The notes beneath the pieces are model-generated. The model did not search any database. It saw nothing but the letters and a program-made list of their open reading frames with translations, and was not told the DNA's origin. Position numbers and translations under genes: made by a program. A DNA stretch of 64,000 bases from Mobula hypostoma (Eukaryota): assembly GCF_963921235.1 (NCBI RefSeq), contig NC_086108.1, positions 11,284,001 to 11,348,000 of the forward strand, given 5' to 3'. This document shows, one piece after another, positions 28,309 through 40,786 of the stretch; within the stretch, counting starts at the first letter, position 1, and the number at the start of each line of letters is the position of its first letter.

Positions 28309-28997
28309 TGTGGCCCCCCGGCCACCCTCAGGGTCGCTCGGCTCACTGTTGTCTAGGGAAACAACCCTCAGCCCCGCCAAACTGGGTAATTAGTTTGTGT
28401 GGATGCTGTGTGATGTACCCCACCCTGCCCAAATAACAGACAATACACCAGATACGATTAAATGATTTACAGTTTATAGATATTACTGGAACTAAATAAT
28501 TAATAGAGAGTAAAATATAAAAGGAAAATAAAAGGCGCCACACTTATCAAAGTTCAATCTCTTCGTGCACAAAACAGTTGGAGCTCAAGAACCTTCTTTT
28601 TCACCCCGTGACCCCCTCGAACCACCTCGACTGGCCACCTGGGACCAACAAAAGTGGTCGACCAGACGCTGCACACGAGTCCGTCTCCGCCTCCTCGCCG
28701 AACGCCCTTCACAGGGTCCAACCCCGTTAGCAGACATCACAGCACCTGGTCCATCCTCTCTCTCGCTCTCGCGCCTTCTCCCCCAAAACCCCGTGCATAC
28801 AGTATCTTCAAATACACCAAAACCATAACAACTATCCCAATTGGTTCATAACATTCTCTTATCAGTAACGTGATTCAACAAACTGCTAGCGGGATAGACT
28901 TTCTCAGCGTTTAACATAATAAAGAAGCATTCCCAAGTACAACATAACAAAGAAGCCATTTTAAATTTAACATACAAAAAAAGAAAGACCCTGTACA
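28309..28997. mobile_element. Solo LTR (689 bp) with 4-bp TSD ATTG
   Basis: Begins TGT, ends ACA; attg at 28305-28308 and 28998-29001; interrupts a LINE 3' UTR. Confidence 0.8.
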
Positions 28998-29211
28998 ATT
29001 GTTATTTCATGCTTGTTATTTATTGCTATTTATTTATTATCTGCATTTGCACAGATTGTTTACAGTTTACAGTTCCTGATGTTTACAGTTTACAGATCTT
29101 GTTTACAGTTACTGTTCTAAGGATTTGCTATGTATGAAAAAGAGTCTCAGGCTTGTATGTGGTGACACGTATGTACTCTGATAATAAATTTTACTTTGAA
29201 CTTTTGACTTT

Positions 29212-29358
29212 TGTCACGTACCCCGTGACAGGTTAAAGAACCAGCAGAAATGGAAAACACTTTGGAGTCTGGCATTGCTATTAACTAATACTCGTTTATC
29301 AGTAACCACGCAATACAGTAATAAAATTCAGATATATCAAACAGGTTATCAATGATTT

Positions 29359-29407
<49 letters not shown>

Positions 29408-30034
29408 AAATGTATAAAAACCAAGCTTCTTCAAGCATAGGGGTAAATGGATACAGTCTTACATTGATGGGTAAAGTTCAGTTCAGTTCATGGTATTGAG
29501 TTGAGTAGTGATGGAGAGAGAGAGGTGTTGTGGTTGTCCGAGTAAGCTGATGCCGTTGATTCTTCCTGTTGTCCTCCGAAATCCTTTAGAAGTCACTGAA
29601 TGTGACCACAAAAAGAGGACCATTTTATGTGGTGGAGTTATCAACCCAGGCGAGGGTTGGACACACTAGTAACCTCCCACCTCACACCTTTTCCACATTA
29701 CAAGAGCCACTGATCGATTCTCCTGATCGATCCTCCAGAAACCATCTTTCTGTAGGCACAACAAAGCTCATCCAGTGTCCAAAACCATGTGTGTCTAACA
29801 ACCAGCTGACCTTGTATTTATCTCAGCATGCTGAACACCAGCTGTCCATCAAGTAGCTCCTCCCTTCTCTCTCTGTAGGAACTCAGAAGCTGGCAATGTC
29901 CTTGCAGAAATTCCAAACAAACTGTGAGCAGCCTTCACCTCTCTCTATCTGAATAACAAGGCGTTTGTGCTGTACAGCTCTCTCTCTCTTTTTAAAAGCA
30001 CAGTTCATACAGGATAATTCAGGATCCCATCACA
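29212..30034 (-). mobile_element. Solo LTR (823 bp) with 4-bp TSD CTTT, related to the LTRs of the 40787-45537 element
   Basis: Start tgtcacgtaccccgtgac..aaccagcagaaatgga matches tgttacgtaccccgtaac..aaccagcagaaatgga; ends ..catcaca; cttt on both sides; contains (GT)n at ~29367-29406. Confidence 0.85.
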
Positions 30035-31404
30035 CTTTGACTTTGAAAACATATGTGGAAGTATGTAGTGAACTTTGTTTTTTTTGGAACCATTTGATGT
30101 GACAAAATGGAATTTTACAAATCCCAGAGTGCTAAGCTAATATGTTGCAATTTATGTACGAGGCTAAAGAAACAGGAAGAAACTACAAGAAATGCACTTC
30201 CTAAACGAATATATGAGTGCAAACACCCAGTGTACAGTCAATGCAGATGGCAGACTACAACAAATGTATCGGAAGGACTGGGTTTATTGGAAGTAGTAAC
30301 CTCATCTCATTTTTATGTGTAAACAGAATGCTTTGTAAATGGTATGTTGGAAGTCCCCTACCATTCCTGGTGGGAGTGGAGGTGAACTTACCCTTTGCAA
30401 ATAATAAAGGGACTTGACAAAGATCCACTCAGCATTGGTATTGTGATGGTGAGACTTAGCAGAGAGATACTGGATGCACATAAAGATATCAGTAAAATAC
30501 AGTCATGCAAAAACAAGAACAGTCCATACCCGAGCCATGAATGCCTCAGAAATCTGCAGTCAACCGCAATGCAGCTTGTCTTCTGCTGATCGAACACTGG
30601 GGGGCAGCACCAACTCCAGTCTGGACGGCGAACCACACTGCCCCCGGTGGAGTGCACCAGCTCCGGCGTCACTCCCCTGACAGCTGTAAACGGGTGAGAG
30701 ACACTGCCTAGTCCTCACACATACAAGGTAGCAAACACAAGAGTCTTCATTGGTCAGGGCGTGAAGAGATACAGGGAGAAGGCAGGAGACTGGGGCTGAG
30801 GGGAAAATTGGATCAGTCATGATTAAATGGCAGTGCAGACTCGATGGCCTAACTCTGCTCCTGTATCTTATGCTCTTGTGGTCTTATATCAGCAAAATAC
30901 AACCATGCAAAAAATATATATATATATTGTTCAAACCCAAATGAGCATTTACTGTTTGTTTCGATGAATGAGTGACAAATAAAGCTAATCCTTCTTTAAT
31001 CTGTATGAAAGTAAGTCTACTTTTACACTTCTTTACTTAGTCAGAGGAACATTCTAAATCGCCCATCTCAATGCCAGAGGAACCTTTTGGGGTTTTCTTG
31101 GCTTCTTGATTTAGAAAGCCGTGGGAATGCCTGTCAGTCGGCAGCTGTGGTGAGAGAAACATGACCCCTTCAGCTGGGCAGCCCATCAGACTGCTCTGCA
31201 CCCCCACTGGTTGCCATCTTGTTGTTCCTGTGGGCCAACCACAGAATTGGTCTAAAATCATTCTGTGGGGTTGTTCTGAAAGCTCTCAGAGGAGGAGAGA
31301 TGCGACGTATCTCCCAGCTGTTTGCCAGTTCCACTTACCCAGACATCTTTAGGAATCTAGTAAGCTTGTCAGGATATAATATAATCATTTCATGTGTACA
31401 CACT

Positions 31405-31449
<45 letters not shown>

Positions 31450-32109
31450 ACAGGGAGTGTGTGTCAAATTAAGAATTATAAAGCTCAATCATTTAATTGC
31501 ATATTGTGTACTGTATGTTATTTTGTGGTACTGATTTGTAACAGGGGAACTACATCACACAGCTTCTCCATCAATTTCCTCTGGGCGTCATCGACTCCCG
31601 ACCTCATTCCAAACCACTCAGTCCTGCAGCCTACGACTTTCCCGTTCTGGCATCTTCTCTCTCCATCTTCTCCTGAACAAAAGCCCGTGAATGCCTTGCT
31701 CTCGGGCACACAAGAAAGAAAACCACCCTGCTCATGGGGTGCTGCACATTCCAAAGCTCCCGTTAACTCTAGTCATATCCCAAACACCCTGCTGCTATAG
31801 AGAAACCATTACAATTAGCAGTGAAACCTTTCCCAGGGTGTTACAGATGTTTCTGATAGTAGGAGAGTCTTGGACCAGAGGGCACAGCATCAGAATACAA
31901 GAATGTCTCTTTAGAACAGAGATGAGGCGGAATTTCTTCAGCCAGTGAGTGGTGAATCTGTGGGTGGGAATTCATTACCACAGTCGGCTGAACAAATTTC
32001 ATGATATTTGCTGATGATATTAATTCTGATTCTAAATCTGTGGGGACCAGGTCATTAGGTATATTTAAAGCAAAGGCTGACAGGCTCTTGATTAGTTATG
32101 GCATTAAAC

Positions 32110-32188
32110 CAGAGGTTCCCACCCTGGGGTCTACAGACCCTTTGGTTAATGTATTGCTCCAGGGCATGAGAAAAGTTGGGAAACCCTG
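32110..32188. mobile_element. ~80-bp hAT-like MITE inserted in a CR1 3' tail
   Basis: TIRs cagaggttccca.../...ttgggaaaccctg; flanks cattaaac / ccttaaag (6/8 match, consistent with an aged 8-bp TSD). Confidence 0.7.
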
Positions 32189-32659
32189 CCTTAAAGACTA
32201 CAGGGAGAAGGCAGGAGAATGGGGTTAATAAATTAGCCATGATGGAATGGCAGAGCAAACCTAGGGTCTATTGTAATTGGAAACTGAGACAAGACGGGTG
32301 AAAGTGACAATCTCTGCAGCAGGTGGAGTCCATCATGCTTTGGGCTCAGGCTTGGTGTGATTGGAGGAAGAGAGAGAACAGCTTCTCACTGCGAGAGGAT
32401 GCCAGCCTTATGGAACTCTACCGTGTAGAAACAGGTGCTTTGGTCCATCTAGTCTGTGCCAAACTGTTATTCTGCCATTGACCATAGCCCTCCAAATCCC
32501 ACCCATCCAAACTTCTCCGAAATGTTGAAATAGAACCTACTCTTTACCACTTCCACTGGTAGCTTATTCCATACACTCTCACCGCCTTCTTAACTTTTTC
32601 ACCTTTCACTCTTAACCCATTACCTCAAGCTAAAAAGCCTACTTGCATTTACCCTATCT

Positions 32660-34140
32660 ATAGAAGAAATAAAAGTGTAGACTATTTTCTAAATGGAGAG
32701 AGAAACTCAAAAATCTGGGGTGTAAAGGGACTTGGGAATCCTCATGCAGGATTCCCTAAAGGTTCATTTGCAGGTTGAGCCTTTGGTGAGGAAGGCCAAT
32801 GCAATGTTAACATTTGTTTTGAGAAGACTAGAATGTAAAAGCAAGGATATAATGCTCAGGCTTTATAAGGCACTGGTGAGGTCTCACTTGAATATTGTGA
32901 GCAGTTTTAGGTCCCTTATCTAAGTGTTATGTCCTGATTAACATTTTTACTACTTTGCCGTAGGTATTTCATTTTGACAGTTCTGGAAAGCAGTGTTTTA
33001 GAAGGTTTTGGTTTTGGCTACAAGATAAAGGCTATAATGTTCAACTTAGGAATGCTGTGTCAGCCAATCAGGATGGAAGAATCGGGAGAAAGTTCGAGAG
33101 AGCGAGACGGGGAGAGATTTATGATGGACGCTGTGGTTCGCAGTATTAGTTTTAGCAGGAGCAGTGGATAGGTCAGGAGGGAAGATGGCTGAGGCTGCCG
33201 TGGGAAGGAGATTCCCTGTTGCACAAGGTGCTTTGTGCAGATTAAGGGCTCCAAGGACGAAGGGCCGGTACTCCTGATCAGAGTGCGCATTTGTTCGAGA
33301 TGGATTTCGAAGGATGTTTGCAATGTGGTGTGTGCTTTCGTGAAGACTGAGGATCCAGCGCACGGGTAAAAAGACAGCTTCAAGATGAGCACCAATGATG
33401 TGCACACTTGGACTGGGTTAACTGTAATAGACCCTTCTATTTTATTTTCCTGTTTCGTTTTCTTACTAACTGTTCGGTAAAGCTAAAATTTGTAAATATA
33501 CTTTCTTTATCATTTTATATGGTGTACAGTCTGTTATTTCTTGCCAGCTGACAACTGTGAATGGGCAATATTTACACAACATTCACTCAAATCGAGGTTT
33601 CTTTAATCGGAACATCGTGACCTTCCTGTTTGGCTGCACCCCAAATCATACCGACCCCAAATGTATATTGATTATGAAAAGTGGCCTTCTCACCGCAAAA
33701 TCCAGTGGCTGTTAACGGGGCTGGCCACAAGCCAAGTTTCCATACGAGACTGCTGAGGGGGCTTCATAAGAAAAGATGTGCTGACATCGGAGAGGGTTCA
33801 AAGGAGGTTCACGCACATGATTCCAGGATTGAAAGACTTATCATATGAGAAGTATTTGATGGCTCTGGGCCTGTACTCACTGGAAGTCAGACAAGTGAGC
33901 ATAGATCTCATTGAAACTGATTGAATGTTGAAAGGCCTCAAAAGAATGGCTATGGAGAGAATGCTTCCTGTGGTGGAAGACTCAAAGACCAGAGGGCACA
34001 GCTTCAGAATAGAGGAACATCCATTTAGAAAGGAGATGAGGAGGAGTTTCTTTAGCCAGAGAGTGGTGAATCTATGGAATTCTTTGCCACAGGTGTGGTA
34101 TATTTAAGGAAGAGGTTGATAGATTCTTGATTAGACTGGA
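32660..34140 (+). mobile_element. CR1 LINE 3' fragment interrupted by a solo LTR
   Basis: KANAML..KDIMLRLYKALVR; the sequence ccttatctaag|aaaagatgtg rejoins across the insertion; TRGHS..FFSQRVVNLWNSLP. Confidence 0.85.
32925..33766. mobile_element. Solo LTR (842 bp) with 4-bp TSD TAAG
   Basis: TG...CA termini; taag at 32921-32924 and 33767-33770; removing it restores contiguous CR1 sequence. Confidence 0.88.
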
Positions 34141-34760
34141 TATAAGACCATAAGACATAGGAGCAGAATTAGGTCATTCAGCCCATCGAGTCTGCTCTGC
34201 CATTCCATCATGGCCGATCCCGGATCCCACTCAACCCCATACTCCTGGCTTTGATGCCCTGACGGATCAGGAAACGATCAACTTCCGCCTTAAATATACC
34301 CACGGACTTGAACTCCACCGCAGTCTGTGGCAGAGCATCCCACAGATTCACTACTCCCTGGCAAAAAAATCCTACTTACCTCTGTTCTAAAAGGCCACCC
34401 CTCGATTTTGAAGCTGTGCCTTCTAGTTCTGGATACCCCCACCATATGAAGCATCCTCTCCACATCCACCCTCTCTGGTCCTTTCAACATTCGATAGGTT
34501 TCATTAAGATTCCCCCCCCCCCCGCCACACACACACACATTCTTCTAAATTCCAGTGAATACAGGCCCAAAGCTGCCAAACGCTCCTCTTATGTTAACCC
34601 TTTCATTCCTGGAATCATCCTTATGAGCTACCTCTGGACTCTCTCCAATGTCAACACATCCTTTCTGAGATATGAGGCCCAAAGCTTTTGACAATACTCA
34701 ATGTGTGGCCTGACAGGTGTCAGTATTAACCCCCTGCTTTTATATTCTATTCCTCTGTAT
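34141..34760 (-). mobile_element. CR1 LINE 3' fragment, tail-to-tail with the preceding copy
   Basis: Minus-strand RGIEYKSR..LWASYLRKDVLTLERVQR and ETYRMLKG..RTRRHSFKI; (ataagacc)n tail at the left end. Confidence 0.85.
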
Positions 34761-35214
34761 GAACAGATACAGCGAGAACCCAGGTGACTAAGGCTGAGGT
34801 GGAATTGGTGAGCAATGATAAAACGGCAGAGCAGACTTGATGATCCAAATGGCCTAACTTTGATCCTATATCTTAAGGTCTTAAACCACTCATATCGCTT
34901 TATCAATAATAAAGTTGGGGGGGGGGTGTGGATACAGGCAGTCAGTGAATGGAGTGCAAGTTGGGCCACCCTCCATCCTGGGGTCATCAAGGAAAGTTGG
35001 ACAAGAGGTTTCCAACTTTTATTATGCCATGGACCAACACCATTAGGCAAGGGATCCGTTATGTTCTTAATGTGTGAGTAACTCATCACTCAAGAGATGC
35101 AGGAACATTTAAAATGGAGTTCTGGAATGTTCTCACACAGAGAGAGGAGTGTGCACCTCCCTTTGAATCTACTGAATATCATAGACAGTCTGTGCACAGC
35201 AAATATCCACACTG

Positions 35215-36247
35215 GGTTTTCCATTCCTTACTCTGGTTCCCCTCTCACCCCTTCTCCTCTCCTCACCTGCCTATCACCTCCCTCTGGTTCCCTCCACCTT
35301 CCCTTTCTCCCATGGTCCACTCTCCTCTTCTATCAGATTTCTTCTTCTTCAGCCCTTTACCTCTTCCACCTATCACCTGCCTGCTTCCCACTTCATTCCC
35401 TCTCTTCTCCACACACCGACCTCTCCCCTCACCTGGTCTCACCTATCATCACCCAGCCTCTCACTTCAACCCCTCTCTCTCTCATACCTACCTTCCCCCT
35501 CACCTGGTCTCACCTATCACTCCCAGCTTCTCACTTCATCCCCTCTCTTCCCACCCACCCACCTTCCCCCTCACCTGGTCTCACCTATCACCACCCAACC
35601 TCTCACTTCAATCCCTCTCTCTCCCACACCCACCTTCCCCCTCACCTGGTCTCACCTATCATCACCCAGCCTCTCACTTCAACCCCTCTCTCTCTCATAC
35701 CTACCTTCCCCCTCACCTGGTCTCACCTATCACTCCCAGCTTCTCACTTCATCCCCTCTCTTCCCACCCACCCACCTTCCCCCTCACCTGGTCTCACCTA
35801 TCACCACCCAACATCTCACTTCAATCCCTCTCTCTCCCACACCCACCTTCCCCCTCACCTGGTCTCACCTATCACCTCCCAGCTTCTCACTTCAACCCCT
35901 CTCTTCCCACCCACCCACCTTCCCCCTCACCTGGTCTCACCTATCACCACCCAACCTCTCACTTCAATCCCTCTCTCTCCCACACCCACCTTCCCCCTCA
36001 CCTGGTCTCACCTATCACCACACAGCCTCTCACTTCAACCCCTCTCTCCCCATCCACCCACCTTCCCCCTCACCTGGTCTCACCTATCACCTGTCTGCTT
36101 GTACTCCTTGCCCTCCCACCTTATTCTGGCTTCCTTCCCCCTTCCTTTCCGGTCCTGGTGAAGAGTCTTGCCCTGAAACATCGACTGTTTATTCCTCTCC
36201 ATAGATGCTGCCTGACCTGCTGAGTTCCTCCAGCTCTTTGTCTGTGT
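35215..36247 (+). mobile_element. Penelope-type 3' terminal region containing an expanded minisatellite
   Basis: Pyrimidine-rich tail ending in gtcctggtgaagagtcttgccctgaaacatcgactg...catagatgctgcctgacctgctgagttcctccagc, the same terminus found beside the GIY-YIG fragment at ~37310-37410. Confidence 0.65.
35420..36091. repeat. 71-bp minisatellite, ~9.5 units
   Basis: cacctggtctcacctatca recurs at 35430, 35501, 35572, 35643, 35714, 35785, 35856, 35928, 35999 and 36071. Confidence 0.95.
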
Positions 36248-36705
36248 TATGTAGAAGCTCCCTGGGTTTTCTGTCTGAGGCCCGTGCTCTGCTTTGATTT
36301 ACAGAGTGTCTCTGCTGGTGGAATGGACTCTTTTAACCAGGCTGACATTAAATTATGTTGACTTTGGAACAACATCATCTCCCCTTGTATCCAAAAGGAA
36401 TCTATATCTGTACAACATTTCTCCAACATCAAGAGATCCCAAGGGTGTGGAGCATGACTTTTGGAACGTAATGTTTGCTGTATAATTAAATATACATGTT
36501 CACAACAACAAAAATCTGGCCATGTTAGAGCAACAGATTAATTTTGCATCAGAACCTGATTCTCTCTCATAACCACTTCATCCCAGTGGAGGCTGGTTTG
36601 AGATTCAGATGGCCAGTGTCCATACCCAACATATGTGAGTGTAGTGGCCTCCACTAACTCTTCAAGATGAAAGCTATTTGTCCTAATATTATGTCAACAA
36701 CAATT

Positions 36706-37090
36706 TACGTCCATATGTTGTTCCTCCAACCTGAGTGTGGCTTCATCTTTACAGTAGAGGAGGCTGTGGATAGACATGTCAGAATGGGAATGGGATGTGG
36801 AATTAAAATGTGTGGCCACTGGGAGATCCTGCTTTCTCTGGCGGACAGAGCATAGGTGTTCAGCGAAACGGTCTCCCAGCCTGGGCCGGGTCTCGCCAAT
36901 ATATAGAAGGCTGCATCGGGAGCACCGGACGCAGTATATCACCCCAGCCGACTCACAGGTGAAGTTTCGCCTCACCTGGAAGGACTGTCTGGGGTCCTGA
37001 ATGGTGGTGAGGGAGGAAGTGTAAGGGCATGTGTAGCACTTGTTCCACTTACAAGGTTAAGTGCCGGGAGGGAGATCGGTGGGAAGGGAT
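36706..37090 (-). mobile_element. Penelope-like element, GIY-YIG endonuclease fragment
   Basis: FTCESAGVIYCVRCSRCSLLYIGETRPRLGDRFAEH..PVATHFNS..H..RLEEQH: VIY/YIG motifs with the Penelope-type CxxC insert. Confidence 0.92.
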
Positions 37091-37410
37091 GGGGGCCTCC
37101 CGCCACCCCACTAGAAATAGGGTTCCCCTTGTCCTCACCTACTACCCCACAGCCTCCGGGTCCAACATATAATTCTCCGTAACTTCTGCCACCTCCAACG
37201 GGACCCCACCACTAAGTACAACTTTCTCTCCCCCTCTCTCTGCTTTCTGCAGGGATCGCTCTCTACGCGACTCCCTTGTCCATTCGTTTCCCCCCCCATC
37301 CCTTCCCACCATCGGGACTAAGGTCTTAGCCCAAAATGTCGACTGTACCTCTTCCTATAGATGCTGCCTGTCCTGCTGCGCTCACCAGCATTTTTTATGT
37401 GTGTTGCTTT
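37091..37410 (+). mobile_element. Penelope-like fragment in inverted orientation relative to the GIY-YIG piece
   Basis: agggttccccttgtcctcacctac encodes RVPLVLTY (the linker upstream of GIY-YIG), followed by the shared 3' terminus ..gtcgactgt..atagatgctgcctg. Confidence 0.65.
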
Positions 37411-37662
37411 CCCATAGTGGGGGAGTTTAGGACCAGAGAGCACAGGTTCAGAATAGAAGAAGTGAGGTGAAGAAGGATTTCTTTACCCAGAGAGTGGTGA
37501 ATCTATGGAATTCGTTGCCACAAACGGCTGTGGAGGCCAAGACATTGGATAGAATTAAAGTGGAGTTTCTATTGTTTAATAATCCAATTTAATATGCAGT
37601 ATTCAGTACACAGCCTGAAATTCTTGCTCTTCACAGATATCCATTAAAGAGGAAAAAACCCA

Positions 37663-37731
37663 AAGAGAGAGAGCAAGAGAGAGAGAGAGAGAGAGAAACA
37701 GACAGACAGAGAGAGAGACAGACAGACAGAC

Positions 37732-37762
<31 letters not shown>

Positions 37763-37785
37763 TAGAGAGACAGAGAGAGATAGAT
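37663..37785. repeat. (GA)n/(GACA)n compound microsatellite
   Basis: Directly visible. Confidence 0.9.
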
Positions 37786-38856
37786 ATCTCATTGAAACCT
37801 ATAAAATATTAAAAGGCCTAGATAGAGTGGCTGTGGAGAGGATGTTTCCATAGTCAGGTAGTCTAGGTCGAGAGGACGCAGTCTCAGAATAGACAAACGT
37901 ACATTTAGAAGGCGGAATTTATTTGACGAGGATGAATTTATTTAGCCAAAGGGTAGTGAATCTGTGGAATTTGTTGCGACAAATGGCTGTGGAGGCTAAG
38001 TCAATGAGTATAGTTAAAACAGAGGTTGACAGATTCTTGATTAGTAAGGGCATTGAAGGTTACAGCGAGAAGGCAGGAGAGTGGGGTAGGAAGGACTAAT
38101 AAACCAACCATGAGTGAATGGCCTAATGCTCGTTTGTCTTATGGGCTTATCATGTGGACTAACGCTTGGTCCCGGTGGAAGGTGTCTGCGTGTGACAATC
38201 GCTGTCTGCTCCTGAGGGAAGGTCCCTGTGTTTAAATGGTTTCTCGCTCCCTCGATGGTCTCAGAGGATGGTACCGGAGTTCTGGGTCTGCGGTCTGTGG
38301 ATTAGACTGCAGTTCCTGGCCGGGCCGCTCCCCTTTCTGTTTTTCTTCTGCTATTTTTGGGTGACTTTATATCAAGGTGACCTACAGTTAATGAGCACTG
38401 AGCTGAACTGAATGTGGACTCTTTCAATTTAGTGTTTTATATTCCATGTTTTCACTCATTATTTCTTGTTGTGGTCTGCACGATATGTTGTTTGCGCATG
38501 AGGGAGGGGTTTGATGTTCTTTCTTTGAACAGGTTCCATTGTGTTTCATTGTTTCGAGGCTGTCTGTGGGAAGATGAACCTCAGGATTGTATACTGCATT
38601 CATACTTCAATAATAAATGTTTTCTAAATCAGGAGATCGAATGTGGGTGATCAATATGAGGGCAGAGGTGGGGTGTGGACAGGAATGCTAACACAGAGTG
38701 GTTTGGATTGCGACTGCACCATAGAGTAGAGCCAGATTCTAGTGTAATGTTCTGAACAGAGTTGGAAAGGAGTGAATCGGTAGGGCTGTGCAGACCGGTC
38801 AGGGAGTGGGGCAGCGTAGACCAGATAGGCTGAGCGGTGAATGGTAGGGCACTGAG

Positions 38857-39680
38857 GCATGTGTTAGTGCAAAGGGACGTGGGAATACAAGTCTATAATT
38901 CATTAAAAGTGTTGTCACAGATAGAGAGGGTTGTAAAGAAAGCTTTTGGCACAGGAAGGATTTACAGGAAAGATGTGAAAACGCTTGAAAGAGTACAGAG
39001 AAAATTTAAAAAGATGTTGCCAGGACTGGAGGACCTGAGTTATAGGGAAAGATTGAACAGGTTACAGCTTTACAAAAAAGAAGAAAGCTGCAGATGTTGG
39101 AAATTCAAGCAACACACACAGAATGATGAAGGAACTCAGCCAGAAACGTCAACTGTACTTTTTCAGCAGTTTAGGCAGCATCTATGGAAAAAGTTCAGTT
39201 GACTTTTTGGGTTGAGACCCTTTCCAGTCCTGATGAAGGAACTCAGCCAAAAATGTCATCTGTACTTTTTCCATAGACGCTGCCTGACCTGCTGAGTTGG
39301 AATGTAGAAGATTGAGAGGAGAGTTGATAGAGGTATACAAAATTATGAGAAATATAGACAGGGTAAATGCAAGCAGGCTTTTTCCATTGAGGCTGAGTGG
39401 GAATACAGCTAGAGGTCAAAGGTTAAGGGTGAAAGGTGAAAAGTTTAAGGGGAGCTTGAAGGGAAACTTCTTCTCTCAGAGGGTCATGAGAGTGTGGAAC
39501 AAGCTGCCAGTACAAGTGTGCACGTGAGCTCGATTTCAATGGTTAAGAGAAGTATGGAAAGGTATGTGGATGGTGGGGGTATGGAGGGCTGTGGTCCTGG
39601 GGAAGGTGGGTGGGAGTAGGTATATGGTTAGACACAGGCTAGATGGGCCAAAGCGCTGTACTTTTCTATGACTCTATAAC
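38857..39680 (+). mobile_element. CR1 LINE fragment with an inserted palindromic Penelope-derived piece (~39075-39297)
   Basis: YRKDVKTLERVQRKFKKMLPGL..RLNRL, then the insertion, then ECRRLRGELIEVYKIM..FFSQRVMRVWNKLP. Confidence 0.8.
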
Positions 39681-40786
39681 AGTCCCCTTCTGTGCTGCAT
39701 CATTCTGTGAATCGTCTGTTAAAAGCCGGCAGATCAGATGCTTATTCCAGCCACGGCACCAACTCTGGGAACTAAAGACCGGCAAGGCTCGAAGCCGGGA
39801 ACTCAGAAGCTGTAGGTTTTGGAATCCGGAGGAAAGTCACTGGTTCGAGAAGCATCTGTGGAGGAAGCGGGGGGGGGGGGGGAGGGGGGAGTAGCTGGTG
39901 TTTTGGTTCTAGATCCTGGGGAGGGTGGGTTGTCTAATCTACAGTAAATGCTTTGTGAGCATCGTGTTACACGGGAGCAGGTTCACAGGCTTGGCGAGTG
40001 AGACAGAATACTCCGATAATGAATCTGCACATTAACCATTTATTTACAAACAGTGAAAGATTCGCCCAAACACCTGAGCTCCCCTAAGTTACACAAACTA
40101 CAAAGATAACATACAACAAACAGATACTCAGCTCAGAGCGCACATGGGCCCTGCTGCATCCACAGCACCCTTCCCCAGTGGTTCCTCAGCACTGGCCACT
40201 ACCTCAGGGTGAAAATGAGTGTCTGGGGGCAAAAGGAAAAGAGGCCGAGCCTCCTGCACGAGCTATTCTTATACCTTGTAGGTGTCTGAAACTGGGACAC
40301 ACGGCAACCAATGGGAAAGAGCCGCTGCAGCTTCAAATGGGCCAATCAATGATCGGCACAGTAGAAGCGGCTTTCGACCGACAAGCGAGCTAACCCTTCA
40401 CCTTACAGGCCAGAATGTGTGGCAACACTTGTGGGCTTCCCCCAGCACATCCATAGTTTGGGTCGGCTCTTCGCTATACATTTCAATGCACAGTACGTGT
40501 GATAAATCTGAATCTGCGAGGTTGGAATTTATTACCCTTGTGGCCTTTGAGTGACAACAAACAGCCTACTACAATGCTGACTATAATGGAATTAATTAGC
40601 TTAATCAACCTTAATAGGATTTTCAACAGTCCCATTGTTATAAATCCACCATTACTGGGTTGAAATGGCTCAGCTGCTGTACTGGGATCGTGTCTGTGTA
40701 TCACCAAGCCCAGCAGTGTATTCTCTGTATCACTGGAGGTCCAGACAGTGCTTCTGTACATAAGGACATATTTAATTTATTGAGAT

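Larger units (their letters stand above)
27095..30046 (+). mobile_element. Rex/Babar LINE, internally deleted and split by two solo LTRs
   Basis: FPNQKPWMN..LLRAR and QGCVLSSLLYSVYTYD..KFADDT..KTKELIVDFRR motifs. The 3' UTR resumes at 28998; aataaa and a (ctttga)n tail are split at 29211/30035. Confidence 0.85.

Noticed and set aside
35097..36223. 354- and 369-aa Pro/Ser/His-rich ORFs
   Set aside because: Translation of the pyrimidine-rich 71-bp minisatellite.
39954..40427. Possible ~470-bp solo LTR (tgtgag...gcaaca, minus-strand AATAAA)
   Set aside because: Only a 3-bp flank match (ctt) and no second copy in the window; unsupported.
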